From: Chloroflexota bacterium
GTDB lineage: Bacteria; Chloroflexota; Dehalococcoidia; UBA2979
DNA length: 64,000 nucleotides
Assembly: GCA_947499615.1 (NCBI GenBank)
Contig: CANMOP010000010.1
Span: forward strand, 2,306 to 66,305
Reading direction: 5' to 3'
Under the pieces are notes generated by a model, which saw nothing but the letters and a program-made list of their open reading frames with translations, was not told the origin of the DNA and searched no databases. Below, in pieces: positions 39,928-49,036 of the stretch. Numbering within the stretch: the stretch's first letter is position 1; the number at the start of each line of letters is the position of its first letter. The translations under genes were made by a program, and so were the position numbers.

Positions 39928-40671
39928 CTAATCAAACAGCAGCCCGCGCGCATCGCCCGCGATGAGGATCAAGAAGAAGCGGATCACTGGCCCCATCACG
40001 ATCGAGAGTGGGCTGAACATCCCCCCGGAGAAGAACGGGAACATAAACAGCAGCAACAGGATGCCGGGTCCCCACGCCTCCGTGCGCGCGAACGGCACAC
40101 CGAGTTCCGGCGGGAGCAGCCCCGCGACCACCCGGAACCCATCGAGGGGCGCGATCGGCAGCAGGTTGAACACCGCCAACATGACGTTGAGCAGGACGAT
40201 GGTCCCGAGGAACAGTCCGGCCAGCGACGCGAACGACTCCGTCCACACCTGCACCGCCGAGCTCGCCAGCGCCGGGTGAATGAAGGGGTGGTAGAACGGC
40301 ACCAGCCCTAGGCGAATCGGCATGCCCGCCAGCAGCGCGATGGCAAGGTTGGAGACGGGCCCCGCCCCGGCGATCAAAACCATGCTCCGTCGAGGATTCT
40401 CGGTATTGAAGGGGTTGACCGGTGTGGGCTTCGCCCAGCCGAATCCCGCGAACAGGATCAGCAGCGAGCCTGTCAGATCGAGGTGCTTGCGCGGGTCCAG
40501 CGTGAGCCGCCCGTATCGTCGAGGCGTGTTGTCGCCGAGCCGCGTCGCGACGAACGCATGCGAGAACTCGTGGAACGCCAGCCCCACGAGCATCGACACA
40601 GCGAACGCCGCCACCAGGATGAGGAACGCCTCGGGCGCGTCGCGGATCACCGAGAGATATCTCAATAGCAT
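39928..40671 (-). CDS. Site-2 protease (M50) family protein
   Basis: HEFSH, AGP.SN and NLLPIAPLDG motifs. Confidence 0.92.
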   Translation of the reverse strand: MLLRYLSVIRDAPEAFLILVAAFAVSMLVGLAFHEFSHAFVATRLGDNTPRRYGRLTLDPRKHLDLTGSLLILFAGFGWAKPTPVNPFNTENPRRSMVLIAGAGPVSNLAIALLAGMPIRLGLVPFYHPFIHPALASSAVQVWTESFASLAGLFLGTIVLLNVMLAVFNLLPIAPLDGFRVVAGLLPPELGVPFARTEAWGPGILLLLFMFPFFSGGMFSPLSIVMGPVIRFFLILIAGDARGLLFD

Positions 40672-40936
40672 GCAGCCAGCATAGAGCGGGCGAGCCGCTG
40701 CACGCACGATGCGCGTCGTGTCTTCGATGGTTCAGGTGGCGCGGGCGGCCATCGGCGCGTGGTTTGACACACCGCGTGGGCCGTTTCTAAGGTGATCCGA
40801 CCCCGGCTTGCCGCGATCCGGCCACCCTCGAGGTGGCGGAGTCATCGAGGCGAGCCGGAGCGTCGAGGCTGGCGGGCGAGCGGCGCACGCGCGCGCAGGG
40901 GATACCCCGCCCGCGTTCAACAGGTCACGGTGAACC

Positions 40937-42067
40937 ATGCCACTCTCCCGCCGTGCCTTGATACTCGCCGCAGGTGTTGCCGTGCTCGTGATTGCGAGTG
41001 CGATCGGCGCGTTCTTCCTGCTCGGACGCCGCGCCGTGCAGCCTCAAATCGCGACGCTGGTCTTCGCCGAGTTCGGCCCGGGCGCGGACCACATCTTCAC
41101 CGCCCCGGCAACTGACCCGGCCCGTCGCACGCAGGTCATGACCATTGAACACGCGGACGGCTGGGGTATCAGCGCCGCGCCTCGAGCCGCTCGGGATCTG
41201 GTGGCCTTTCAGGTGCTTCCTCCCACTGCGCGCGGACAGGCGGACACGCCCGCAGAGCTCTGGATCCTCGATGTCCGCGCGAAGACGAAGCGCCTGCTGG
41301 CAAGCGACGCCGACCTTCGCGTCGCGCCGGTGCTCTCGCCCGACGGTACGTCCGTCCTCTACCGCAGCAGTACGGCCGGCGGCACGCAGGCGATCGTCCG
41401 CGTCGATGTGTCCGCGGGGAGCAGGAGGGTCGTCCACACGGTCGACACCACGTTCGGCGTGTTCCCCATCGGCATCGGTGCGGACAGCGCAGTGCTCTTC
41501 GCGAGCCTCGGGCTCGGTGGGACGGACATCTATCGACTGGCCGACGGGAAGCCGCCGGCGCTGCTGCGGCACGCGTCTGATCAAATCGCGCGCGACTGGC
41601 GGCTGTCCCCGGATGGTCGGCTGCTCTCCTACCTCGCGCCGGAGATTCACGCGGAACGAGTGGTGCATCGCGCACACGTCATCGACGTCGCCAGCGGCAC
41701 GCCTCAGGCGACGATCGAGAGCGCACCGCCACAGCCCGCAGAGCAGTACTCGCCCGTGTGGACCCCCGACAGCCGAGCGATCACCGTCGGTCGCGAGCCA
41801 TTGCTGGACTCACGCGCAGGGACGATCACGCTCGCGCTGGACGGAAAGCCCGCGCGCGCCCTCGCGGCGCCGGAGCGCGGCTTCGACGCTCCGCTGGCGT
41901 GGAGCGCAGATGGCGGCTATCTGGCTGCGACCACCTTCAGCGGAGCCTCCTCTGCGGAGCCGGGTACGGAGTCCATCGTCGTGCTCTCGTTGAACGGCGG
42001 CCGGTACGTGGTGAGCGGGTCCGGGGAGATCACAGTGCTGGGCTGGGTAGCAGGGCTCGGCGGATGA
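40937..42067 (+). CDS. Membrane-anchored/exported TolB-like beta-propeller protein
   Basis: N-terminal hydrophobic helix; PD40-like repeats LSPDG, LSPDG, WTPDS and WSADG. Confidence 0.7.
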   Translation: MPLSRRALILAAGVAVLVIASAIGAFFLLGRRAVQPQIATLVFAEFGPGADHIFTAPATDPARRTQVMTIEHADGWGISAAPRAARDLVAFQVLPPTARGQADTPAELWILDVRAKTKRLLASDADLRVAPVLSPDGTSVLYRSSTAGGTQAIVRVDVSAGSRRVVHTVDTTFGVFPIGIGADSAVLFASLGLGGTDIYRLADGKPPALLRHASDQIARDWRLSPDGRLLSYLAPEIHAERVVHRAHVIDVASGTPQATIESAPPQPAEQYSPVWTPDSRAITVGREPLLDSRAGTITLALDGKPARALAAPERGFDAPLAWSADGGYLAATTFSGASSAEPGTESIVVLSLNGGRYVVSGSGEITVLGWVAGLGG

Positions 42068-43401
42068 GAGCGGCGTCGAGGAGCCTGCGGCTCGCACTGC
42101 TCGCGCTGGCGATGCTCGTAACGTTCGGGTTCCTCCGCAGCGCTCCTCGGAGCGCCGAGGCGTGCGCGTTCCTGCGCACCCCGCAGGCCTACGAGGCAGA
42201 TCGGGCGCGAAGCACCTACTCAGCGGCGATGGACCTGGCAGCGGTGGACGGGCTGTTCCCCGCCGACCCGTCGTTCGGTCTGCCCGCGATGAAGATCGGG
42301 ACACGCGCGCAGCGCACGGATGGACCGAGGCGCATCGCGGCGCCGCTGCTCCGCTCCATCGGCTGGGTGGAGTCCAACCTCTCGATGGCCGCGCGTTCGG
42401 TGCCGTTCCAATCGACGGGCGCGGCGCTCGTCTCGTTCGACTGCGGGCACGGGATCATGCAGGTCACTACGGGGATGACCGTGCCACTGGGCACAAACAA
42501 CCAGCCGACTCCGGCGCAGGTGAACACCGCGACACACTTCGCGTACAACGTGGCGAAGGGCGCGGTGATCCTCGCGGAGAAGTGGAACCAGGCACCGGAT
42601 TTCCGGCCGATCGCTGGCACCGACACGCAAGGCACGCCCGCAATCATCGAGAACTGGTACTTCGCGGTGTGGGCGTACAACGGATTCACCGGACCGGGTT
42701 CCACGCAGTCCAATCATCCGCTCGACCCGGTGTTCGCGAATCCTCGAGAGGGGTGGCGCTGCGACGGCACGCAGTCGCGCACGCGGTACCCGTATCAGGA
42801 ATTGGTGTGGGGCTGTCTGAACTCACCGCCGGTCAGCAACGGGACGCGACTGTGGGCTCCGTTGGCGCTGTCGCTCCCAAACACGACGTTGCCGCAGTAC
42901 TTCCAGCCGCTGTCGGTTCAGAACTGGGTCTTCCCATACAGCGCGATGGACATGCCGACGCCGCAGCCCGCGCACGTCGACCCTCCGCAGAACATCGCGC
43001 CGGATGCGCGCGCACGGCTGCTGGGTGCGCCGGTACCCGCGGTCAGTAGCCCACCCATCGAGATTCGCGCCGGCGTGTCGGCCGCGGCCGCGCGTGCGAG
43101 CGTCGAGGTGCGCAATGCCGGGTCCGGCATCCTAGTCTGGGCAGCCACGCCCTCCGCGAACTGGATCGTGGTTGACCCACCGGCGGGCGTATCACTGGGC
43201 CCTGATGTCGCGTGCACCGCGCCCTGCAACCCGACCTCCACGCTCACGGTGACAGTGAACCCGGTGCTGCTCCCGAACAGCTTCGCGAGCGGACGCGTGG
43301 TCATTACCGGAGTGAACGCCGCCGGAGCACCGGTCTCTGTGCCCGTGACCGTGAATGCGGACTTCGAGTTGGGGGCCAGCGGCACCAGTCGCGCATACTG
43401 A
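42064..43401 (+). CDS. Secreted lysozyme-like/lytic transglycosylase-domain protein with C-terminal Ig/BACON-like domain
   Basis: Signal peptide; IGWVES, GIMQV, YNV..G and AVWAYNG SLT-type motifs; V.N.G.G.L.W...W beta domain; ATGA-coupled to the upstream gene. Confidence 0.7.
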   Translation: MRAASRSLRLALLALAMLVTFGFLRSAPRSAEACAFLRTPQAYEADRARSTYSAAMDLAAVDGLFPADPSFGLPAMKIGTRAQRTDGPRRIAAPLLRSIGWVESNLSMAARSVPFQSTGAALVSFDCGHGIMQVTTGMTVPLGTNNQPTPAQVNTATHFAYNVAKGAVILAEKWNQAPDFRPIAGTDTQGTPAIIENWYFAVWAYNGFTGPGSTQSNHPLDPVFANPREGWRCDGTQSRTRYPYQELVWGCLNSPPVSNGTRLWAPLALSLPNTTLPQYFQPLSVQNWVFPYSAMDMPTPQPAHVDPPQNIAPDARARLLGAPVPAVSSPPIEIRAGVSAAAARASVEVRNAGSGILVWAATPSANWIVVDPPAGVSLGPDVACTAPCNPTSTLTVTVNPVLLPNSFASGRVVITGVNAAGAPVSVPVTVNADFELGASGTSRAY

Positions 43402-43452
43402 GGTAGCCCGCCGATCCGGCCGCGGGGCGGTCGGATCGAACCCCGAGCGCCC

Positions 43453-43956
43453 ATGCACGGAGAGGACCTCGCCATGCTCCGAGGTTGGATCGATGCGATC
43501 CGCCGCAATCACGCGCTGGAGCACGCCACCGTCGCGGTGCTACTCGCGCGCCACGGCCCCATGCGCCTCGCCGGCCGCGCCAGCGCCGACGGCTTCCTGC
43601 TCTACGGCGCGCTCGACCCGGAGGAGGTGCTGTCCGCGGCCAACGAGGCTTTGCAGCGACTGCAGGGTGGCCAACCGGAACTGGCGGTCTCGCCGCTTTG
43701 CGGGACAAACATCGCTGTCGCCGGGATGCTCGCCGCAGCGACCGCGATCATCGCGCTGACTGCCGGATCGCGCCGCGGTCGGCTACCGAATGCGTTCATC
43801 GCCTCGATGTTCGCGGTGATCGCCGCTCAGCCAGTGGGACGCGCCGTGCAACAGCACCTGACCACCTGCGCGGACCTCGAGGGGGTCGCCGTCGTCGGGG
43901 TGCGCGACATCGTCGGAGAGTTGCGCAAGGTGCAGACGTCCGGGGCGCAGCGGTAG
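43453..43956 (+). CDS. DUF6391-like membrane protein
   Basis: RRNHALEHAT...GF.LYG...LAVSPLCGTN pattern. Confidence 0.65.
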   Translation: MHGEDLAMLRGWIDAIRRNHALEHATVAVLLARHGPMRLAGRASADGFLLYGALDPEEVLSAANEALQRLQGGQPELAVSPLCGTNIAVAGMLAAATAIIALTAGSRRGRLPNAFIASMFAVIAAQPVGRAVQQHLTTCADLEGVAVVGVRDIVGELRKVQTSGAQR

Positions 43957-43967
43957 GAAGGGGAAGC

Positions 43968-44063
43968 CCCCCACCCCAACCCGCCACCGTACAGGGGGAG
44001 GGGGCAAGAGGTGTACTACCGAATCAGACCGCCTCCCCTACTCTGTGGGCGACGGGGTCTGAT
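43968..44063. repeat. REP-like palindrome (copy B) plus a second hairpin between convergent genes
   Basis: CCCCCACCCCAACCC...GGGGGAGGGGGC at 43968-44005; ATCAGACC/GGTCTGAT stem at 44023-44063. Confidence 0.55.
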
Positions 44064-44073
44064 GGTCGTCTCG

Positions 44074-44640
44074 CTACGTAATGGTGAGCGGGACGCCGCG
44101 AGCGCAGAGCGGGCACGCGTCCGCCGCGAAGGTCTGCATATCCACCTCGGTGGCGGCGAAGAACGGGATGTCGCCGAAGCGCACCGCGCCGCTGGACCGA
44201 TCGACCATCACCGCTACGCCAACCACTACACCGCCCGCCGCTTGCACGGCATCGATGGTGTCGCGCACGGAGGCACCCGAGGTCAGCACGTCATCGACGA
44301 CCAGCACGCGCTCCCCCGACGTGAGGTGGAAGTCGCGCTGGAACGCACGCCCGCCTTCCGGCGCGCGCTCCGCGAAGATGCCGCGCCGCCCGAGCTGCCG
44401 TCCCACCTCGTAGGCCAGGAGGATGCCGCCGGTCGTGGGGCCAGCGATCGTTTCGGGGTTGATGGCGCGCATCGCCTCGGCCATCTTGGCGCAGACGGTG
44501 GTGGTGTGCTCCGGCCACTGTAGGAGGTTGAACTTCTCCAGGTAACGATCCGAATGGCGACCGGAGTTCAGCTGGAAGTGTCCGTCCAGGAACGCACCGG
44601 TCTGCTGCAGGGCGGCGATGACTACGGGGTCGATGCTGAT
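44074..44640 (-). CDS. pyrE: Orotate phosphoribosyltransferase (non-canonical or mutated ATC start)
   Basis: GHFQLNSGRHS and VLVVDDVLTSG PRPP-binding motifs; GGAG RBS precedes ATC at 44640-44638. Confidence 0.9.
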   Translation of the reverse strand: MSIDPVVIAALQQTGAFLDGHFQLNSGRHSDRYLEKFNLLQWPEHTTTVCAKMAEAMRAINPETIAGPTTGGILLAYEVGRQLGRRGIFAERAPEGGRAFQRDFHLTSGERVLVVDDVLTSGASVRDTIDAVQAAGGVVVGVAVMVDRSSGAVRFGDIPFFAATEVDMQTFAADACPLCARGVPLTIT

Positions 44641-45539
44641 GGCGGTACTCCAACGTGCGGGGCACTGAGCGATGATGCGTCGCCGCCGACTCGGCCGGCA
44701 CGGTCGAACGGCCAGTAGCGCAACTCGGCGCGACCGATGAGGAACGACTGCCCGAGCATCCCCCACGAGTGCGAATCATACGAGCTGTTGCGGTTGTCGC
44801 CGAGCACGAAGTACTGCCCGTCCGGCACGACCAGCGGGCCGTACTCGTACAGCGGCGGCTGCGACAGGAATGGCTCGTCGCGCGGCTGTCCGTCCAGGTA
44901 GAGCTTGCCTTGATGCACCTCCACCGTCTGGCCGGGCAGCCCGATGATTCGCTTGATGAAGTCACGCGATGTGTTCTGCGGGAACTTGAACACCACCACG
45001 TCGCCGAGCCTCGGCTGCCCGAACGGACGCCAGTCGTGGTTGTCGGACCACGGCAGCCACGCGATATCGAACGAGCGATAGGAAATCTTGTTCACGATCA
45101 CCATCTCGCCGTTGTGGAACGTCGGCTCCATGGAGCCGCCATCGACGACGAAGTTCTGGCCGATCGAGCGCACGAACATGAACATCACGAGCGCGAGCGC
45201 CAACACCTCCACGGTCTCCACCAGGCCGCGCATGCCCCACGGCCAGAGGATGGATCCCAGGCTGGGGCGCTCCGGGATGGGCGGGAGCGGTGGGCCCCAG
45301 TTAGCGAGATCCGCCGTCGGGTCGTACTCCAAGTCGTCGTCGTACTCGCTCCGCGGGTACCACCACTCCGGCGTGGACTGCTCGGCAGGCGCCGACTCGA
45401 CCGCGTCAGGGGACTCAGTCGCCTCGAGTGCATCGAGTGCCTCGGGAGACCGATCGGCGCGGGGTGCAGGCACCGAGGGCGGCCAGATGCCCGGGACATC
45501 CGGGCGGGCGCCAGAGGACGGCTCGATTGGTTCCACCAT
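44622..45539 (-). CDS. lepB: Signal peptidase I
   Basis: GGSMEPT, GDVVVF, FIKRIIG.PG and GDNRNSSYDS motifs; long acidic N-terminal extension. Confidence 0.93.
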   Translation of the reverse strand: MVEPIEPSSGARPDVPGIWPPSVPAPRADRSPEALDALEATESPDAVESAPAEQSTPEWWYPRSEYDDDLEYDPTADLANWGPPLPPIPERPSLGSILWPWGMRGLVETVEVLALALVMFMFVRSIGQNFVVDGGSMEPTFHNGEMVIVNKISYRSFDIAWLPWSDNHDWRPFGQPRLGDVVVFKFPQNTSRDFIKRIIGLPGQTVEVHQGKLYLDGQPRDEPFLSQPPLYEYGPLVVPDGQYFVLGDNRNSSYDSHSWGMLGQSFLIGRAELRYWPFDRAGRVGGDASSLSAPHVGVPPSASTP

Positions 45540-45611
45540 GCGTCCGAGTATACCAGCGGGCCCCGGGCGTCCCTCGCGCGCGTCTCGGTGGCACTACGAA
45601 CGTCACAACGA

Positions 45612-46442
45612 TCAGGCGCGGCGGGAGGAGCCCAGCAGGTCCATGCGCTGCGCCGCGGCCTCCGCGACGGCAGCACGCGCCGCACGCAGCGCCGGCCGTG
45701 GGTCGTTGCCGCGCACCTCGCCGAGGCCGCGCACAAACGCAGCGTGAATCTCAGTGCTGATGTTCACCTTGCGGATGCCCACACGCACCGCCGCCGTCAG
45801 GTCCGCCGGTGTCACGCCGGAGCCGCCGTGCAGCACCAGCGGCAACTGGCGTGTCGCCAGCCGCAACTCGGTGATGAGGTCCAGCCGCACGGAGCCCGCC
45901 AGCCCGTGCGCCGTGCCCACCGACACGGCCAGCGAGTCGACGAGCGTCTCCTCGACGAATCGACGCGCCGTCGCGGGCTCGGTGAGGACGGACTCGGAGG
46001 TGGCGACACCCGGCTCGCGACCGCCGACGTGCCCGAGTTCCGCCTCCAGGGCCAGTCCGGCCTCCAGCGCGATCGCGTACGCCTCCCGCGTGTCGCGCAA
46101 GTTCCGCTCCAGGGGTGTCGTGGAGCCATCGAACATGAGCGAGGTGAACCCGGCCTGCACGGCCGCGCGCACGGTGGCAACGCTGTCGCCGTGGTCGAGG
46201 TGCACAGCTACGGGCACGTGAGCCTGCTCCGCCAGCGCGCGCGCCGTAGCGGCGGCGATGGCCAGACCGCCGAAGTGCTCGTAATTGGAGCGGTTGAACT
46301 GGAGCATGATCGGCGACCGACGCTCCTCGGCGGCATCGAGCACACCGAGGGCGAGTTCGATGTTCGAGACGTTGAAGCCGGGGACGGCGTATCCGCCAGC
46401 CTCGGCGGCCGCCAACAGTTCACGGCCGGTGGCGAGAGGCAT
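45612..46442 (-). CDS. fba: Class II fructose/tagatose-bisphosphate aldolase
   Basis: HLDH, FDGS, EAELG, GTAHG, LHGGSG and KVNI motifs. Confidence 0.9.
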   Translation of the reverse strand: MPLATGRELLAAAEAGGYAVPGFNVSNIELALGVLDAAEERRSPIMLQFNRSNYEHFGGLAIAAATARALAEQAHVPVAVHLDHGDSVATVRAAVQAGFTSLMFDGSTTPLERNLRDTREAYAIALEAGLALEAELGHVGGREPGVATSESVLTEPATARRFVEETLVDSLAVSVGTAHGLAGSVRLDLITELRLATRQLPLVLHGGSGVTPADLTAAVRVGIRKVNISTEIHAAFVRGLGEVRGNDPRPALRAARAAVAEAAAQRMDLLGSSRRA

Positions 46443-46673
46443 AGGTCGGCCGATCCCTTCGTAACGCGCGGGTCACGCGCCGCATGCTAGCGTCTCGCAC
46501 ACCGGGCGGCGAGGGATGGTCAGCCTGATTGCGGGCGTAGTGTTCGGCATCGATTGGCGCGCGCTGACCGGTTGGGGAGGCGTCCCTTTCAGCCGCGCTG
46601 GCTGCACCAGACGCCGGATGCGCGGTAGGATGCGCGGGCTGCGCTTGGTCTCCCCATAGATCGAGGTGCCCCG

Positions 46674-47243
46674 TTGATCCTGAGTGACCATTCCATCCGC
46701 GAGGCGTTGGCCTCCGGCCGCCTGCTTGTGGAGCCACTGGCCGAGGACGCGGTGCAGCCAGCCTCGCTGGACATCCGTCTCGACCGCGACTTCCGCGTCT
46801 TCCGGCACCATCGCCGCGCGTACATCGACGTGCGCGAGTCCGTTGAGGACCTGACCGAGGTGGAGACGATCGCCGACGACGAGGCGTTCGTGCTGCACCC
46901 CGGTGAGTTTGTGCTGGGCTCCACGCTGGAGCGGGTGCAGCTCGGCGACGACATCGTCGCGCGGGTGGAGGGGAAGTCGTCGCTCGGGCGACTCGGTCTA
47001 CTCGTGCACGCAACGGCGGGCTACGTCGATCCCGGCTGGGACGGCCACCTGACCATGGAGCTCTCCAACGTCTCCACCCTTCCCATCCGCCTCTACTACG
47101 GCATGAAGATCGGTCAGCTCTCCTTCGCGAATCTCACCACCCCCGCCGACCACCCGTACGGCTCACCGGCGCTGCACTCCAAGTACCAGGGCCAGACCGG
47201 GCCGACCGCCAGTCGCGGCTGGCAGGACTACGACAAGCACTAG
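46674..47243 (+). CDS. dcd: dCTP deaminase
   Basis: QPASLD, EGKSSLGRLG, AGYVDPGW and KYQGQ motifs; TTG start with GAGGT RBS. Confidence 0.94.
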   Translation: MILSDHSIREALASGRLLVEPLAEDAVQPASLDIRLDRDFRVFRHHRRAYIDVRESVEDLTEVETIADDEAFVLHPGEFVLGSTLERVQLGDDIVARVEGKSSLGRLGLLVHATAGYVDPGWDGHLTMELSNVSTLPIRLYYGMKIGQLSFANLTTPADHPYGSPALHSKYQGQTGPTASRGWQDYDKH

Positions 47244-47260
47244 CGAACGCGAGGGGCGCC

Positions 47261-48376
47261 GTGGCGGCATCCGAGTTCATGCGCGAGGCGCTGGCGGAGG
47301 CTGAGCAGGCGCTCGGCTGGTCATCGCCGAACCCCGCCGTGGGCGCGATCCTCGTGCGCGACGATGAGATCGTCGGGCGTGGGCACACCCAGCCCCCCGG
47401 CGAGGCGCATGCCGAGGTGATGGCGCTGCGCGACGCCGGCGAGCGTGCACGCGGCGCGACGGCGTACGTCACGCTGGAGCCGTGTGGGCACTTCGGGCGG
47501 ACGCCACCGTGCACTCGCGCGCTCGTCGATGCCGGGGTCACCGCCGTGCACTACGCCATCGAGGATCCCGACCCACAGGTGAGCGGTGACGGGCACCGCC
47601 AACTGCTGGAGGCTGGCCTTGCCGTCACCGTCGGCGACGGCGCCGAGGAGGCCACGCGACTGCTTGAGGGGTACCTGAAGCACCGCCGAACCGGCCTGCC
47701 GTTCGTGATCGCGAAGTACGCTGCCTCGCTGGACGGACGAATCGCGGCCGCCTCCGGCGACTCGCGGTGGGTGTCCGGTCCGGAGACACTGCTCTGGGCA
47801 CACCACATCCGCCCCACGCTGGACGCGATCGTGGTCGGCTCCGGAACGGTGCTTATCGACAATCCGCAACTCACGGCGCGCCCCGGCGGCACGATCGAAG
47901 GCGCGCACCAGCCGCTGCGCGTGGTGGTGGACTCCACGGGACGCATCTCAGAGCAGGCCGCCGTAATGCACGGCCCTTCCCCCGCGTTGGTCGCCACCAC
48001 GACGCGGTCCGCGCCCGAATGGCGCGAGCGGCTTCGCGCCGTGGGTGCCGAGGTGCTGGAGCTCCCGGAGCGCCACGGGCACGTCGACCTGGAGGCGTTG
48101 CTCGGCATCCTCGGGGGGCGCGGCGCGCTCACGGTGCTGGTGGAGGGTGGCGGCGTGCTGCTGGGCTCGCTGTTCGACGACCGGCTGGTAGATCGCGTGC
48201 AGGTAGTGATTGCGCCGATGATCATCGGCGCGGCCGAGGCGCCGTCGGCGGTGGCCGGAAGTGGTGCGTATCGCATGGTGGATGCCCCTCGACTGCGCGA
48301 GGTCACCGTGGAACGCCTTGGGGCGGATATCCTCGTGTCGGGCTTGGTCGACTGGCCTCCGACGACCGTCGGGTAG
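47261..48376 (+). CDS. ribD: Riboflavin biosynthesis deaminase/reductase
   Basis: PNPAVG, HAE, LEPC...PPC, SLDG and VEGG motifs. Confidence 0.95.
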   Translation: MAASEFMREALAEAEQALGWSSPNPAVGAILVRDDEIVGRGHTQPPGEAHAEVMALRDAGERARGATAYVTLEPCGHFGRTPPCTRALVDAGVTAVHYAIEDPDPQVSGDGHRQLLEAGLAVTVGDGAEEATRLLEGYLKHRRTGLPFVIAKYAASLDGRIAAASGDSRWVSGPETLLWAHHIRPTLDAIVVGSGTVLIDNPQLTARPGGTIEGAHQPLRVVVDSTGRISEQAAVMHGPSPALVATTTRSAPEWRERLRAVGAEVLELPERHGHVDLEALLGILGGRGALTVLVEGGGVLLGSLFDDRLVDRVQVVIAPMIIGAAEAPSAVAGSGAYRMVDAPRLREVTVERLGADILVSGLVDWPPTTVG

Positions 48377-48407
48377 CGGAGGGGCAAGTGGCCCCGAAGG
48401 AGTGACC

Positions 48408-48998
48408 GTGTTCACAGGAATCATCGAGGAGGTCGGAACCGTCCGGCACGTGCAGGGCGGGGTGCTGGTCATCGCGTGCTCCACCGTGATCGACGATACA
48501 AAGCTCGGCGACTCGATCGCCGTCAACGGCGTGGACCTCACCGTCCGAGAGATGGACACAACCAGCATGACCTTCGATGTCATGCCGGAGACGTTTCGCC
48601 GATCCAACCTCGTAGAGGCGAAGGCCGGCGACCGGGTGAACCTGGAGCGCTCCGTGCGGCCGAGCGACCGCCTCTCCGGCCACATCGTGCGCGGGGTGAT
48701 AGAGACCACCTGCGTGCTGGACAGCATGACTCCTGAAGGTGACGCGCTGATCTTCCGCGTGCGCCCACCGGCGGAGTACCTGCGCTACATCGCGGTGAAG
48801 GGGCCGGTCTGCCTAGACGGTGCTTCGCTGACGGTGATCGATAAGGTCGACGGCACGTTCGCGGTCTCGCTGGTGCAGTACACGCAGGAGCACACGAACC
48901 TGACGGCACGCCAGCCCGGTGCTAGCATCAACTTGGAGACCGATATCATCGCCCGGTACGTCGAACAGATGCTTGCGGAGCGGCTGGCGACCTCATAG
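48408..48998 (+). CDS. ribE: Riboflavin synthase (alpha chain)
   Basis: (M)FTGIIEE, GDSIAVNG and VNLE motifs; AAGGAG RBS. Confidence 0.93.
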   Translation: MFTGIIEEVGTVRHVQGGVLVIACSTVIDDTKLGDSIAVNGVDLTVREMDTTSMTFDVMPETFRRSNLVEAKAGDRVNLERSVRPSDRLSGHIVRGVIETTCVLDSMTPEGDALIFRVRPPAEYLRYIAVKGPVCLDGASLTVIDKVDGTFAVSLVQYTQEHTNLTARQPGASINLETDIIARYVEQMLAERLATS

Positions 48999-49036
48999 GC
49001 GTCCACCGCAGCGAGGCAGCAGCTCAGGAGACGCGG

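Noticed and set aside
46443-46673. FMN riboswitch upstream of the dcd-rib operon
   Set aside because: No RFN consensus segments or terminator were recognisable.
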